NCBI GenBank assembly: GCA_963848295.1
Contig: CAWKDB010000002.1
Coordinates: 32,001-96,000, forward strand
Direction of reading: 5' to 3'
DNA length: 64,000 nucleotides
Source of the DNA: an uncultured delta proteobacterium
GTDB taxonomy: Bacteria > Myxococcota_A > Polyangia > Haliangiales > Haliangiaceae
Notes under the pieces: model-generated
The model's database searches: none
The model's input: only the letters and a program-made list of their open reading frames with translations
Told to the model about the DNA's origin: nothing
Program-made: the position numbers and the translations under genes
Shown here: positions 12,901 through 23,788 of the stretch, piece after piece
Numbering within the stretch: position 1 is the stretch's first letter
How the letters are laid out: each line of letters begins with the position of its first letter

Positions 12901-15631
12901 GTTGCACGCGCGCAGCCTCGAGCGCGCCGGCCAGTTCGACGAAGCCGCCGACGCTTATCGCGCGCTGATGGCCGGCGAGCCGTCGGTGCCCGCGATCGCG
13001 GCGGCCGTCGCGCTCGGTGACATCGCCGCCGGCCGGGCCGACACCGTGATGCGCGTCGAGTCGACCGCCGCGATCGCCGGTCACACGACCGACGCGCGAC
13101 TCGGCGCCGCGGTCGCCGAGGACAGCGGCTGGATGTACGCGCTCGTGCTCGAGGACTTCGATCGCGCCGCGCAGTCGTTCGAGGCCGCGATCGCGCTCGA
13201 GCCGACTCGCCGCGGTGCCCTGCTCGGCGCCGCGCTCGTCGCGGCACGCCGCAACGACCCCGTCGAGCTCGCGCAGGCGTTCGAGGGACTCGCGTCGAGC
13301 GTGCAGATGCCGCAGGCCGCCGCGGCCCTGATGCTGCGGGCCGCCGCACTCGCCGCCGCGAACGGCGACATCGATCTCGCGAACCAGCGGATCACGACGG
13401 CGTACACGCGCTCGCCCGACGACACCAGCGCCCTGTTCGTCGTCGCGGAGACCGGGACGGCGCCGCCGGTCGACGCCGCAGATACGTTCGCCGCCGTCGA
13501 TCCGCTGCTCGCGCGGGCCGAGATCCTCGAGCTGCGCGGCGCGCTGACCGATGACTTTGCAGCGCGGATCTCGTGGGAGCTCGATCGCTGCGAGGCGCTC
13601 GAGCTCGCCGGGCGGTTGCGCGAGGCCGGAACGGTCGTCGCCTCGGTGCTGCGCTCCAAGCCCGACGATCTGCGCGCGTTGACCGCGCTGCGCCGCATGG
13701 CCAAGCGCGCGGGCGATAGCGCGACCGCAGCGCAGGCGGCGTACCAGTTGTCGCGTGTGATCGGCGATCGCACGGCGAAGCTCGACCTGCTGCGCGAGGC
13801 GGCGGCGGTCTTCGACGGCCCGGGTCTGCCACACAACTCCGACTACGCACTCGCCGCGTACCGCCGGATCTTGCAGAGCGATCCGAGCGCGCGCGAGTTC
13901 GACCGGCTCGGCGAGCTCCTGCGCGAGCGCGCCGATGTCCGCGGCTTGAACGCGGTGATCAGCGAGCGGCTCACTTGGCTCGAGGCCGAGGGCGGGGTCA
14001 ACGCCGATGATCAGATGGTGCCGCTGCTGCTCGAACGCGCGACCGTGTTTCTCGGTGCCGGCGATCGCGATTCTGCGATGATCGATCTCGACGCACTCCT
14101 CGAACGCGCGCCGAAGAACGTCGAAGCGTTACGGTTCCGCGCCGACCTCGCGATCAACGCCGGCGAGGTCGATGTCGCGGTCGGCTTGTGGAAGCGTTAT
14201 CTCGCGGCGGAGACCCGGCAACAGCGGCGCTCCGAGATCGAGCTCCAGCTATCGCAGGTACTCGCGGAGAACGTCAACGACATCGCGGGCGCGATCGAGC
14301 AACTCGAGCGCGTCGTCGCGAATGCCCCGGACGATGTCCAGCTCCGCGATCGCCTGCTCGGCCTGTGCATGCGCGCGAACGACTTCGAGCGCGCGGCGCG
14401 CGAGCTACGCGAGCTCGCGAAGATGCGGCCGACGCCGGCCGAGAAGGCGCGCGAGGAGCTCCGGCTCGCGCTCATGCTGCGCGACAAGGTCGGCGACCGC
14501 GTCGGCGCGCGGCGCGCGCTCGACCGCGCACGCGGGCTAGACCCGTTGAACCTCGACGTCGTACGCGAGCTCGCGGAGCTGCTCGAGCCAGCGGCGCGCG
14601 CGCAGGTGCTGGCCGACACCGCGCGGCATCTCCGCGCGTCGATCGCGCAATCGCCCGGCCGCGGGCCGATGTACGAGCGCCTCGCGCAAGTCAACGCCTG
14701 GCAGGCCGACGTCGACGCGCGTTGGGTCGCGCTCGTCGCGGTCGAAGCGCTCGCGACGCCGACCGTCGACCAGCGTCAGGTGCTCGCTCAAGGCCGGCAG
14801 CAGCTCGGTCCGCCCAAGCGCGTCAAGCTCGAGCCGGCGGCGCGCGCAGCGCTGCGCGGTTCGTTCGGCGGCCCGTTGGCCGAGCTCTGGCTTCAGATCG
14901 CGCCCGCCGTGCAAGTCGCGACCGGCGTCGACGCCGGCAAGCTCGGCTTCGTCCGCGGCGATCGCATCGCGCAGAAGAAGCTCGGCGACAAGTTCGAGGC
15001 ACTCGCGACCGCGCTCGCGAGCTTCGGCATCGAGGAGGTCGAGCTCTACGTCAGCGCGAATCGCCCCGGCATCGCACGCACGCTCGCCGCCGATCCGCCG
15101 CAGCTGTTGATCGGTGCCGATGTCGCGACCGGGGCGATGCCGCAGCATCGCTTCCAGCTCGGTCGCACCGCCGCGACGCTCGCCGAGGGTGTCGCGAGCT
15201 TGCCCGGGTTGCGCGATGGCGAGCTCGAGCAGTTCATCGTCGCGGCGCTGCGCGCGTTCGAGCTGCCGGTGCCACCCGCGCTCGCCGAGCTCGTGACCGA
15301 AGCCGACAACGCGGTCGCCGAGCGGACGAAGGTGTTGCGCAAGGAGCTCGGCCGCAAGCACAAGCCCGCGATCACGGCGCTCGCGCACCAGCACGGGACC
15401 GCGCTCGCCGACGTCCCGGGCCTGCGCACCGCAGCGCTCGCGGTCGGCAATCGCGCCGGCATGCTGTGGGCTGGTGATCTCGCGGTCGCGCTCGCGACGC
15501 TCGACGTCGGCAAGGGCGGGCGCGAGCTGGCCGGCAACCCATCGGCGCTCGAGCTCGTCGCGTGGTCGGTGTCTGACGACCACCTGCGCTTGCGCGAGGC
15601 GCTCGGCATCGTGATCAAGGGGATGCGATGA
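9932..15631 (+). CDS. Giant TPR-repeat protein with Pro-rich disordered N-terminus
   Basis: 1899 aa ORF; many TPR-like helix pairs; C-terminal NRAGMLWAGDL segment; start uncertain. Confidence 0.8.
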   Translation: MGTPPEDDAGANEGAPEPATSAPAPTSGRVSALASRVDALLAADDDDDDHAHDNGSSSGIPDEPRTLEVSADAIELDDLEEVRESTPVAAAAPPRPALPRPPIPTPGQRPPVPPPPRGAMPRPPMAIPPLAPKIPPPRASVPISVSIPTRAPSEPPVVHDRPPTGDPRPRTASSPPPLHADRARRPSTPGTSASRDGDAGASSPPAVGSASTSGALPAVSAQTSDEIMAGGQDISVIEGGGGVEVGTATPNLVVDQPLEAQLESPTALDKALAAGDAGSEQRADMLGREIEAVELADPNAAALLAYELGELYETRLADEARAVKSYGRAINFDPSLRPNLWAIRRVFYRRALWPNLVKLIDAEVEYARDDEERADLLLEKARVAAHQLGDFDNAREALDEAVRIAPGHEGALLELERVAAKIGDATALLDTWERLAEAVEQPARKVAYWLEVGRAAAKLDYGRAQAAFDRAAPLAGHGAPAERVARERVRAAESHGTPADASAAIDALAQILLAEFGPAGPGLEPGSSPLEGNRFGPDRALALRRELVALRRRQAQLARSEEPAKAWEYLQQALALSPGESLVLADLTELAEELGRYDDLAELVQSWQAIEGDPGRAMVLSIRRADALLRGGQRDEARALLASLDATAPGFIVLTSAGERDALGRKDPADLAKTYLAAAHAALLGTWLGPGQTPKPDPHSAATLFVQAAELLAYQLGTPDAIEDARAAIGKALEAVPDDPAAFEALTELDDVTGRINDALARLRTAAASADPDAKRAVLERAIRLARGHGELEAVADLERELVALVPSDLRTRWALEATLSQLGKDEERTDLLVALAAAETDPTRRGTALLTAARLRERAGAVEAATELYRQVIALWPDDTFARESLVDLLRAQERWTELVSERRAEARALADGPAARRALREAAWVLEVRQRDLPSAVAVYDDWLARMPEDRTALEGAARCRAALGDHNGEVSARAAIAELEPTSEMRWLHARSLERAGQFDEAADAYRALMAGEPSVPAIAAAVALGDIAAGRADTVMRVESTAAIAGHTTDARLGAAVAEDSGWMYALVLEDFDRAAQSFEAAIALEPTRRGALLGAALVAARRNDPVELAQAFEGLASSVQMPQAAAALMLRAAALAAANGDIDLANQRITTAYTRSPDDTSALFVVAETGTAPPVDAADTFAAVDPLLARAEILELRGALTDDFAARISWELDRCEALELAGRLREAGTVVASVLRSKPDDLRALTALRRMAKRAGDSATAAQAAYQLSRVIGDRTAKLDLLREAAAVFDGPGLPHNSDYALAAYRRILQSDPSAREFDRLGELLRERADVRGLNAVISERLTWLEAEGGVNADDQMVPLLLERATVFLGAGDRDSAMIDLDALLERAPKNVEALRFRADLAINAGEVDVAVGLWKRYLAAETRQQRRSEIELQLSQVLAENVNDIAGAIEQLERVVANAPDDVQLRDRLLGLCMRANDFERAARELRELAKMRPTPAEKAREELRLALMLRDKVGDRVGARRALDRARGLDPLNLDVVRELAELLEPAARAQVLADTARHLRASIAQSPGRGPMYERLAQVNAWQADVDARWVALVAVEALATPTVDQRQVLAQGRQQLGPPKRVKLEPAARAALRGSFGGPLAELWLQIAPAVQVATGVDAGKLGFVRGDRIAQKKLGDKFEALATALASFGIEEVELYVSANRPGIARTLAADPPQLLIGADVATGAMPQHRFQLGRTAATLAEGVASLPGLRDGELEQFIVAALRAFELPVPPALAELVTEADNAVAERTKVLRKELGRKHKPAITALAHQHGTALADVPGLRTAALAVGNRAGMLWAGDLAVALATLDVGKGGRELAGNPSALELVAWSVSDDHLRLREALGIVIKGMR

Positions 15632-18600
15632 CCGAGAAGCCACGCGGACCCAAACCGTTTCTGTCGGGCGAAGACGAGCTGTCGACCGAGCTCGACGCGT
15701 GGGACGCGACGTTCGATGCGCTCCACACCGGACCCGAGGGTGGCGCGCCGTCGACCGAGCAGGTCATGGCGTGGCCGGCACCAGCGCCGGCTGCTCCACC
15801 GCCGAGCGCGCCGGCTGCTCCGCCGCCAAGCGCGCCGGCTGCTGCGCCGCCGAGCGCGGCCGATTCGCTCGAGATGACCGCGCCGCGCGATCTGCAGGCC
15901 GAGCTCGAGCTCGACGACCACCTCACGCTCGATCGCGGCGCGGCCGACCGCGCGGTGTCCGAACCCGCAGCGCGCGCGGGCACGTGGGACGCCCCCGCCG
16001 AGGAAGCCGACTTCTCGGATGTCGGCGGTGAGGGCGTACCGTCGGCCTTGGGCGAGATCCTCGGACAGCGCGCCGGCACGCTGCCGCCGATCGACGACGA
16101 AAACGAAGCCGAGACCCGGATCGACATCGGCGGCGACGGGCCCGAGGACGACGGTGTGTACACGTCGGCATCGCGGCCCGGGTTACGCGCGACGTCCGAA
16201 GATTTCTCGATCGACGATCCGATCGCGCCACCGCCGCGGCCGGCGCCGGGGCGAGCGCCAGCGCCAGCGCCAGGCAAAGACAAGCCGCGCGGCCCCGCGA
16301 TCATTCGCCGCACCGTAGGCGTCGCGGCGCAGACCCCGAGCCGGACGACCGGCGGTTATGACTCGCAAGACTTTTCCGAGGAGACGCGGATCGGCGATCC
16401 GAAGGAGATGCGGGCGAACGAAGCGCGCTCGAAAGCGCCGACCGCACCGCCGCCGTTTGCCTCGTCGCCGCCGGTCATCGACGACGACGATTACGCCGAC
16501 ATCGAGATCGGTGCGGACGCTCCAGAGAGCTCCGGCGTGCCCGGCGCAGTCGAGCCCGATCAAAGCGGTGGCCGGTCCGCGCCGACCGCTGCGCCTCGCC
16601 GCACGGTCGCTCACGTCGTTCGCCGCGAGGTCGCCGCACGCCCGGCGCCGCCGGCGCCGGTGAGGCCGAGCGCCTCGGTGCCGGTGGTCGAGCTCGATGC
16701 GGATGATGGCGTGCCGTCGCGCGCCGAGTCGATGTCCGAGGACGATTTCTCCGACGTCGCCGCTGCGGTCGGGGCCGGGGACGAGCCGCTCGAGCCTGTA
16801 CCCCCAGCGCACGGTCGGTTCGACGTCGATATCGTCGATCGCGACGACAGCGATGTCATCGACGATAGCCCGGGCCTCGATGCGACGCTCGCCGAGCTGT
16901 CGCCGCGCGCGATCTCGGTCATCGAGGTCGCGCCGGAGCCGATCAGCGAACACAGCGTCGACGACGAGGACGAAGACGAGGCGATGCCGACCGGCGAGGT
17001 CGACCCCGAGCCGGTGCCGAGCAGGTCGAAGCCGCCGCGTCCACCCGCGCTCGCTGATCTCTATCCGCGCGTCAAGCTGCCGACGTCGGTGCCGCCGCTC
17101 GGCTCTCCGATGGCGCGGACGGCGGCGGGGATGCCGGGCGCACGTGTTCCGTACGGCGAGCCGGGTGAGACTGCGGATCAGCGATCCGCGGCCGACCCGT
17201 TCCCGGATACCGAGACGCTGCTCGGTGTCGGTCGCGCGCCGGCGCGTTCGAGTCGACGGCTCGCGACCTCGGTGACCGATCTCGAGGATTCCGCGCCCGA
17301 GCTGGAGCCACAGCTCGATCTCGAAGCGATCCAGCTCCCCGAGCAGGTCCAGCCGCTGCCGAGCTCGCAGCTCGACGAAGACGCGGCCGCTTCGCTGCTG
17401 ATCTACGAGCGGGAGATCTCGACGGTCGACGACAGCGCCGCGTCGGCCGCGCTGCGCATCGAAGCGGGGAGGCTGTCCGAGCGCCTCGGCGATCTCGATC
17501 GCGCGCGGGCGCACTACGACGCGGCGATGCTCGACGATCCGCGTGCGACCGCGGCACTGCGCGGCTTGCGCCGGATCGCGCGCGGCAGCGGCGATCTCGT
17601 CGAGGCGACCCGTCAGCTCGACGCCGAGATCGAGGTCGCGGGGGCTCTCGAGCGCACGCCGCTCGGCCACTACCGCGTCGACCTGTTGATGGCGAGCGGC
17701 GAGCAGGACCTCGCGCGTGTGGCGGTCGGCGAGATCCTCGACAGCGCGCCGTCGGACGTTCGCGCGTTGCTCGCGCAGCTCGAGCTCGCATTCCTCGACG
17801 GACGCGCCGACGAGTTCGGCCGCGCGCTCGAACAACTCGCGGACGCGATCAGCGATACCGAGCTGCGCGCCGCGGTTCAATCGGCGCGTGGGCTGCTCGC
17901 GGCGCATCACGATGATCCCGCGGGTGCGGCGACATGGTTTGCAGCGGCGGCCGAGGCCGATCCGGGCTCGCACGCGGCGCGGCTCGGCGCGATCCGGCAA
18001 GCGATCGGGCGATCCGATCCCGCCGCGGTGGCGAAGGAGTTACTCGAGCTCGCGCGCCAGGTCGAGAGCGCTGACCCGACGGCCGCCGCCGCGCTGGCCG
18101 TGCGCGCGCTCGGTAGCCCCGCCGGCGATGCCGCGAACGCGTCGATCAGCGAGACCGCCCTCGCCGCGGCCGAGCTCGCGAGTCGCGCCGCACCGAACAA
18201 CGCCTTGGTCGCGCGAGCGGTCGCCGAGGCGCTCAACGACGTCGACGCCTACGCGCGCTGGGCGCGCACCCCGGCCGCCGCGGCGGAGCGCGCCTATGCC
18301 GCGGCACGGGCGGCCGAGCTCGATCCGAATCGCGGGACCGAGCTCTGGGGATTCGCGCGCGAGCTCGACCCCGGCGACGACTATGCCGCCGCGCAGCTGC
18401 GCACGTCGCACGTCGTCGCCGAGGCGCCCAAGCTAGCGATCGACGTCGACCTCGCCGATGCCGGGGATCCGGACCGCGAGCGCGCGCGATTGCGCGCGGC
18501 CTACGGCATGATCGCGCTCGGCGAGCTCGAGGGTGCGATCGATCTGTTGGCCCATGGTCGCAGCGAGCGCCGCACATCGCTCGCGCTTGCCGAGGCGCTC

Positions 18601-21600
18601 GCCGAGGCGCTCGCCGCCGCCGGCCGGTGGAACGACCGCGCGGTGTTGCTCGGAGAGCTCGCGGCCGAGCCCGGCGAGCAGCTCGATCGCGACGTCGCGC
18701 AGCTGCGCAGCGCGCTCGCCTGGGAAGAGGCGGTCGGCGCCGCGGCGGCGGCCGAGAACGCGGATCCCGCGCTCGTGCAACGCGCCACCGCCTCCGCGCT
18801 CGAAGCGTGGGAGCGCGTGCTCGAGCCGACCGGCGACGCCGGTGCTGCGGCATCCGCTCACGCCGCAACGCTCGCGCTCGCGATGCGGCTCGGGGATCGC
18901 GACACGCTGGTCGATGTCCTCGCTCGCGCACAAGCGGCCGAGCGCTCGCCGTGGGCGGCTTCGAGCCTCGCGCTGCGCCGCGCGCGGTTGATCGCGGAGG
19001 CCGATCCGCCGCGCGCTGATGCGATCTTGCGCGAGGCCTCTTCGATCGATGATCCGCGCCGCGCGGTCGCGCTCGTGCTCGGCGCCGCACGCGCCGGCGA
19101 GATCGGCGACGCCGCGGCCGTGCTCGAGGAACGCGCCGCCGCGATCGCCGGCGAGCCGGACCATCAGCTAGAAGCCGCCGCGCTGCGCCTGCGCGCCGCG
19201 CAGCTCGCGCTCGATGCCGGAGATGCCGGACGCGCGACCACGCTCCTCGCTCAAGTCGAGAAAGCGTTGCCGCAACTCGGCGTCGTGCCCGATCTGCTCG
19301 CGGCTGCGCGCCGCCGCAGCGGCGATCGACCGACGGCGGCGCCGCAGCGCCACGAGCCCTCGTCCGCGCACGGCGATGCGTTCGCGCGAATCGTCCGCGA
19401 TGCCGACCTCGCCGCGGGTCAGGGCGATGCCGCCGGCGCGCTCGGCCTGTACCAGCGCGCCCTCGAGCTCCATCCCGGCGATCCGCTCGCGACCGTGCCG
19501 CTCATCCGCGTGGCGACGGAGCTCGGCGAGCCCGCGCCGATCACGCAGCTCGCGCTCGCCAGGTTGCGCGCGGCCGAGGATCGCGACGATCCCGCCGCGA
19601 AGGCGAACGCGTACGAGTTGCTCGCGCAGATCGATGGCGAGCTGCGCACCGACGTCGGCTCGGCGCAGATCGCGCTCGAGAGTGCCGTGCAGGCGGATGC
19701 GGCGCGCGTCGACATCCTGCATCGCCTCGAGCGCGAATACGCTGCGACCGACCAGATCGGCGAGCTGCTCCGCCTGCGCAAGGCCGAGCTCGCTCAGCTT
19801 CCGGCCGAGCACGCTCGCGATCGCGCGGCGCTGATCGTGGACACCGCGCAACTCGCGGCGCGCGACCGCCGGCCCGATGCCGAGATCGCGGATCTCTATC
19901 GCAGCGCGATCGAGGCCGATCCGAAACACCGCATGGCGTTGCATCACCTCGAGTCGATCGTGCGGCGCGGCGGCGCGTCGCCCGAGCTCGCGATGCTCGA
20001 GGAGCAGATCGCTAGCTACTTCGATGGCGATCCCCGCAGCGGTGCCGCGTTCTGGACCCGCGCCGGCGAGACGCTCGCGGAGCTCGGCCAGATCGATGGC
20101 GCGGTGGGCAAGTTCGGCAAGGCCGACGAGCTCGTGCCCGGTCACGTGCCCGCGCTCGAAGGCTGGCGCGCTGCGGCGCTCAAGGGCCAGTTGTGGGTCG
20201 ACGTCGCCGAGGCGGCGAATCGCCAGGCCGCGATCTCGAACGATGCGAAGATCAAAGCGCAGCTCCACCACTTCGCCGGCGTCGCGCTGATGGACAAGGC
20301 GCTGATCAACGAGCAAGCGCAGACCGCGTTCAAGAAAGCGCTCGACGCCGATCCGAGTCACCGCGATTCGTTCCTGCGCCTGCGGATCCTGCTCGAGGAG
20401 GACGCCGCCCACGACGAGCTCGCGATCCTGCTCGTCGAACCGGCTCGACTACGAGACCGATCCCCGCGCGCGAATCGCGCTGCATCGGGCGGTCGCGGAG
20501 CTGTCGCGCAACTTCCTGTCCGATCGCGAGACCGCGATGAAGCATTATCGCGAGATCCTCGTCGCCGATCCCAACGATCTGCGCGCGCATATGGCGCTCG
20601 CCGATATCGCGTGGGAGCTCGGTAACTGGCAGGAGGCGGCCGACGCGCTGATGCAATGGGCGCGGCTCGAACGCGATCCCGCGACGTTGAAGACGCTGTG
20701 CTATCGCCTCGGCCTGATCTACGCGGATCGCCTCGTCGATATCCCGATGGCGCTCAAGGCGTTCCAGCGCGCGCTCACGTACCAGCCCGACGACGAGAAC
20801 ACGTTGACCCGGCTCGCCGATCTCGCGACCAGCGCCGGTGAATGGAAGCTCGCGCTCGGCGCGTGCGAGCGCCTCGTCAAGAACGAGCAAGATCCGGACA
20901 AGCGCGCACTCCACCTGCATCGCGTCGCGAAGATCTTCAAGGCCGGCTTCAACGACGCCAAGCGCGCCGAGCGGGCGCTCAACCTCGCCCTCGATGGTGC
21001 GCCGACGAGCGACGTCGCGCTGTCCGAGGTCGTCACGTTCTATCGCGACGCCGGCGACATGACGTCGGTGCGCGTCCATCTCAATCGCGTCGCCGGCGCG
21101 ATGCGGACGCGGATCGCCACCGAACCGAAAGATGGCGTCGCGTATCGCGTGATCGCACGCTCGATGCTCGCGCGTGCGAACGCCGGCGTCGAGACTTCGC
21201 TGGCGATCGCGCGGTCGGCCGCCGAGCTCGCTCAGCTCTTCGGCGCCGGTGGCGAGCCCGAAGCGGCGTTGCTCGCGGAGCACCGCTTCGAGCCCGGCGC
21301 GCTCGCCGCGTTGATCCGCCCCGACAGCGACGAGATCTTGTTTCCCCGCACGGTCTCGGGCGAGCTGCGCCAGGTGTTCCAGCTGCTCGGCGACCGCCTC
21401 GCGAAACACGTCGGCGTCGATCTCCGCAGCTACGGTGTCGCGCGCGGCGATCGGTTGCGCGCGAAAGACAGCAAGGTCGCCGCCGCGGTGCAAGAGGTCG
21501 CATCCGCACTCGGGTTCGGCGATGTCGACGTCTACTTGTCGGCGCGCCAGCCGTACGCGATGGTCGCCGAGCCGACGAGCCCGGTGTCGGTCGTGATCGG

Positions 21601-22075
21601 CCAGTCGATCGCACAGGGCGACCCCCGCGGCGTGCGGTTCGCGGCGGGTAGCGCGCTCAAGCTCGCGCAGTCGTCGCTCGCGATTCCGGCGAGGCTCGGG
21701 GTAGACGAGCTCGGCGTGCTCGTCGTCGCGCTGCTTCGTCTGTTCCAGCCCGAGTTCCCGATCGACGGCATCGATCCGGACGCGGTTGCCGCCCAGCTCC
21801 AGAAGCTGCGCCGATTGATCCCGACGGGCCTGATGAACGAGCTCAAGCCGTACGCGGCCGCGGTCGATAACCAGCTGCGACCGCGCGAGCTCGCGCGCGA
21901 TCTGCGGGTCGCAGGTGCCCGAGCCGGCCTGTTGGCCTCGGGATCGCTGCGGGTCGGCCTCGAGGTCCTCGCGGCGGCGGCAGAGCTCGACCTCCAGACC
22001 TACCTGGCGGATCCAGTTGCCCAGGGGCTACTCGCGTTTGCGCTCGGCGAGGACCACGCCACCTTGTCTCGCTGA
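15628..22075 (+). CDS. Second giant TPR-repeat protein, frameshift near 20435
   Basis: ORFs 15628-20625 and 20537-22075 join if one base is removed near 20435 (..ELAILL/NRLDYETDPRARIALHRAVAELSRNFLSDRETAMKHY..); ATGA overlap with upstream gene. Confidence 0.75.
15784..15855 (+). repeat. 3 x 24-bp intragenic tandem repeat (APAAPPPS)
   Basis: GCGCCGGCTGCTCCACCGCCGAGC and two variants. Confidence 0.7.
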
Positions 22076-22144
22076 CTTCCGCTCGACCGAGCGTGATCGG
22101 CGACGCATGCCGCTGCGGCCCGCTCCTTGCTCTTGACCGAGATC

Positions 22145-23788
22145 ATGCGGTTAGCTTCGATCTGCCTGGCTACTCTAGTTGCCTGTGCCAGCGGGCACGC
22201 ACCCGAGCTGTCCGGGCTGTCCGACCAGGTCGCCCAGGTCGGGGTCGAGCTCGATGTCCAGCTCGACGGCACCGACCAGGACGGTGGCCAGCTGACGTAC
22301 AACTACAGCGCGGCGGACGTCACCGACCTCGGGGCGAACGCCGAGATGACGGTCGCACCGAGCGGCGCGGGCTTGTTCCGCTGGACCCCGCTCGCGGCGG
22401 ACCTCGGCTCGCACGCCTTCGACTTCATGGTGTCGGACGGCATTCACACCACGACCGTGACGATCAACATCGTGGTCAAGTCGGCGATCGGCTCCGGCAC
22501 CGCGCCGGTGTTCGAGCAGCCGCTCGGGACGGGCACGACGATCGACCTGTCGATGAAGCAATGCGTCCAGCTCGCGGTCGTCGTCGAGGACAGCGATTCG
22601 CCGAACGTGATGATCGCGCAGGAGCAGCCGGTGATCGACGGCGCGCTGATCACGCCGACCGACGGCCAGTCCGCGGCGTGGAAGTGGTGCCCGTCGGCCG
22701 ACCAGATCGCGGCGGATGACCGCTACACGCTGATCTTGTCCGCGGATGACGGCGACAACCCGAAGGTGTTGAAGGACTACCTGATCGTGCTGCGCAACGG
22801 CAGCGACAACAGCTGCCCGGGCAACGCGCCCACGATCGATCACACGCCGATGAACGAGACGACGTACCTCGATCTCGCGATCGACGCGACGATCGGCGAT
22901 GACATCGGGCTCAAGGACGCGCCGCTGATCTACTACTCGACGACGAACCCGGGCTCCACGCCGGATCTGTCGTCGATGATCCAGCTATCGATGTCCGAGC
23001 AGTCCGGCGATCTGACGAGCGGCGATTGGCTCGGCACGATCCCGAACCCGGTCGCGACCAGCCAGGCCGGTACGCAAGCGACGGTGTACTACGTGATGGT
23101 CGCGCAAGATGCGGACAGCGCGACGTGCAGCCACGTCACGCAATCGCAGGTCTACTCGATGGTCGTCACCGCGGGCGGCAGCGACACCGCGGCGCTGTGC
23201 TCGACGTGCTCGGCGGATACCCAGTGCGGCAGCGGCAACGAGTGCGCGTACATCGGCGACATGGGCGACAGCTACTGCCTCCAGTCGTGCGACTCGGGCT
23301 GCCCCGACGGCTACACCTGCTCGTCGGACCTGATCTACTCCGTCGACTTCAACTCCGCGCTCCAGTGCGTGCCGATCAGCGGCTCGTGCGAAGCGCCGAC
23401 CCAGCCGTGCGTCGATGACTCGTGGGAGCCCGACGACACGCGCAGCGAAGCCTCGGCGAACCCGACGCTGGATCCCGACGACTACAGCCTCGTGAGCTGC
23501 CCGTCGGCGACCGACATGACGCGCGCGAACGACGACTGGTACAAGATCGTGATCAGCGGCGACAACGATGTCGACCTGTTCCTAGACGGCCAGCCGGTCA
23601 CGGACCTCGACCTGCACCTCTATCACTCGGATGGCACGGTGATCGCGACGTCGACGAGCTCGACCTCGATCGAAGAGATCGACACGTGCCTACCGTCGGG
23701 CACCTACTACGTGAAGGTCAACGGCTACGGCTACGCCCGTAACGAGTACGACCTGTCGTATACAACAACGCCGACCACGTGCGAATGA
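22145..23788 (+). CDS. Secreted lipoprotein with Ig/cadherin-like, Cys-rich and C-terminal PPC (pre-peptidase) domains
   Basis: Lipobox-like LATLVAC; Cys-rich block; DDWYKI...DLDLHLY...GTYYVKVNGY PPC pattern. Confidence 0.7.
   Translation: MRLASICLATLVACASGHAPELSGLSDQVAQVGVELDVQLDGTDQDGGQLTYNYSAADVTDLGANAEMTVAPSGAGLFRWTPLAADLGSHAFDFMVSDGIHTTTVTINIVVKSAIGSGTAPVFEQPLGTGTTIDLSMKQCVQLAVVVEDSDSPNVMIAQEQPVIDGALITPTDGQSAAWKWCPSADQIAADDRYTLILSADDGDNPKVLKDYLIVLRNGSDNSCPGNAPTIDHTPMNETTYLDLAIDATIGDDIGLKDAPLIYYSTTNPGSTPDLSSMIQLSMSEQSGDLTSGDWLGTIPNPVATSQAGTQATVYYVMVAQDADSATCSHVTQSQVYSMVVTAGGSDTAALCSTCSADTQCGSGNECAYIGDMGDSYCLQSCDSGCPDGYTCSSDLIYSVDFNSALQCVPISGSCEAPTQPCVDDSWEPDDTRSEASANPTLDPDDYSLVSCPSATDMTRANDDWYKIVISGDNDVDLFLDGQPVTDLDLHLYHSDGTVIATSTSSTSIEEIDTCLPSGTYYVKVNGYGYARNEYDLSYTTTPTTCE

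Noticed and set aside
20400..20625. Programmed frameshifting in the TPR gene, and likewise near 50300, 51235, 59287 and 63440
   Set aside because: No slippery heptamers seen; scattered single-base indels in unrelated genes are better explained by assembly error.
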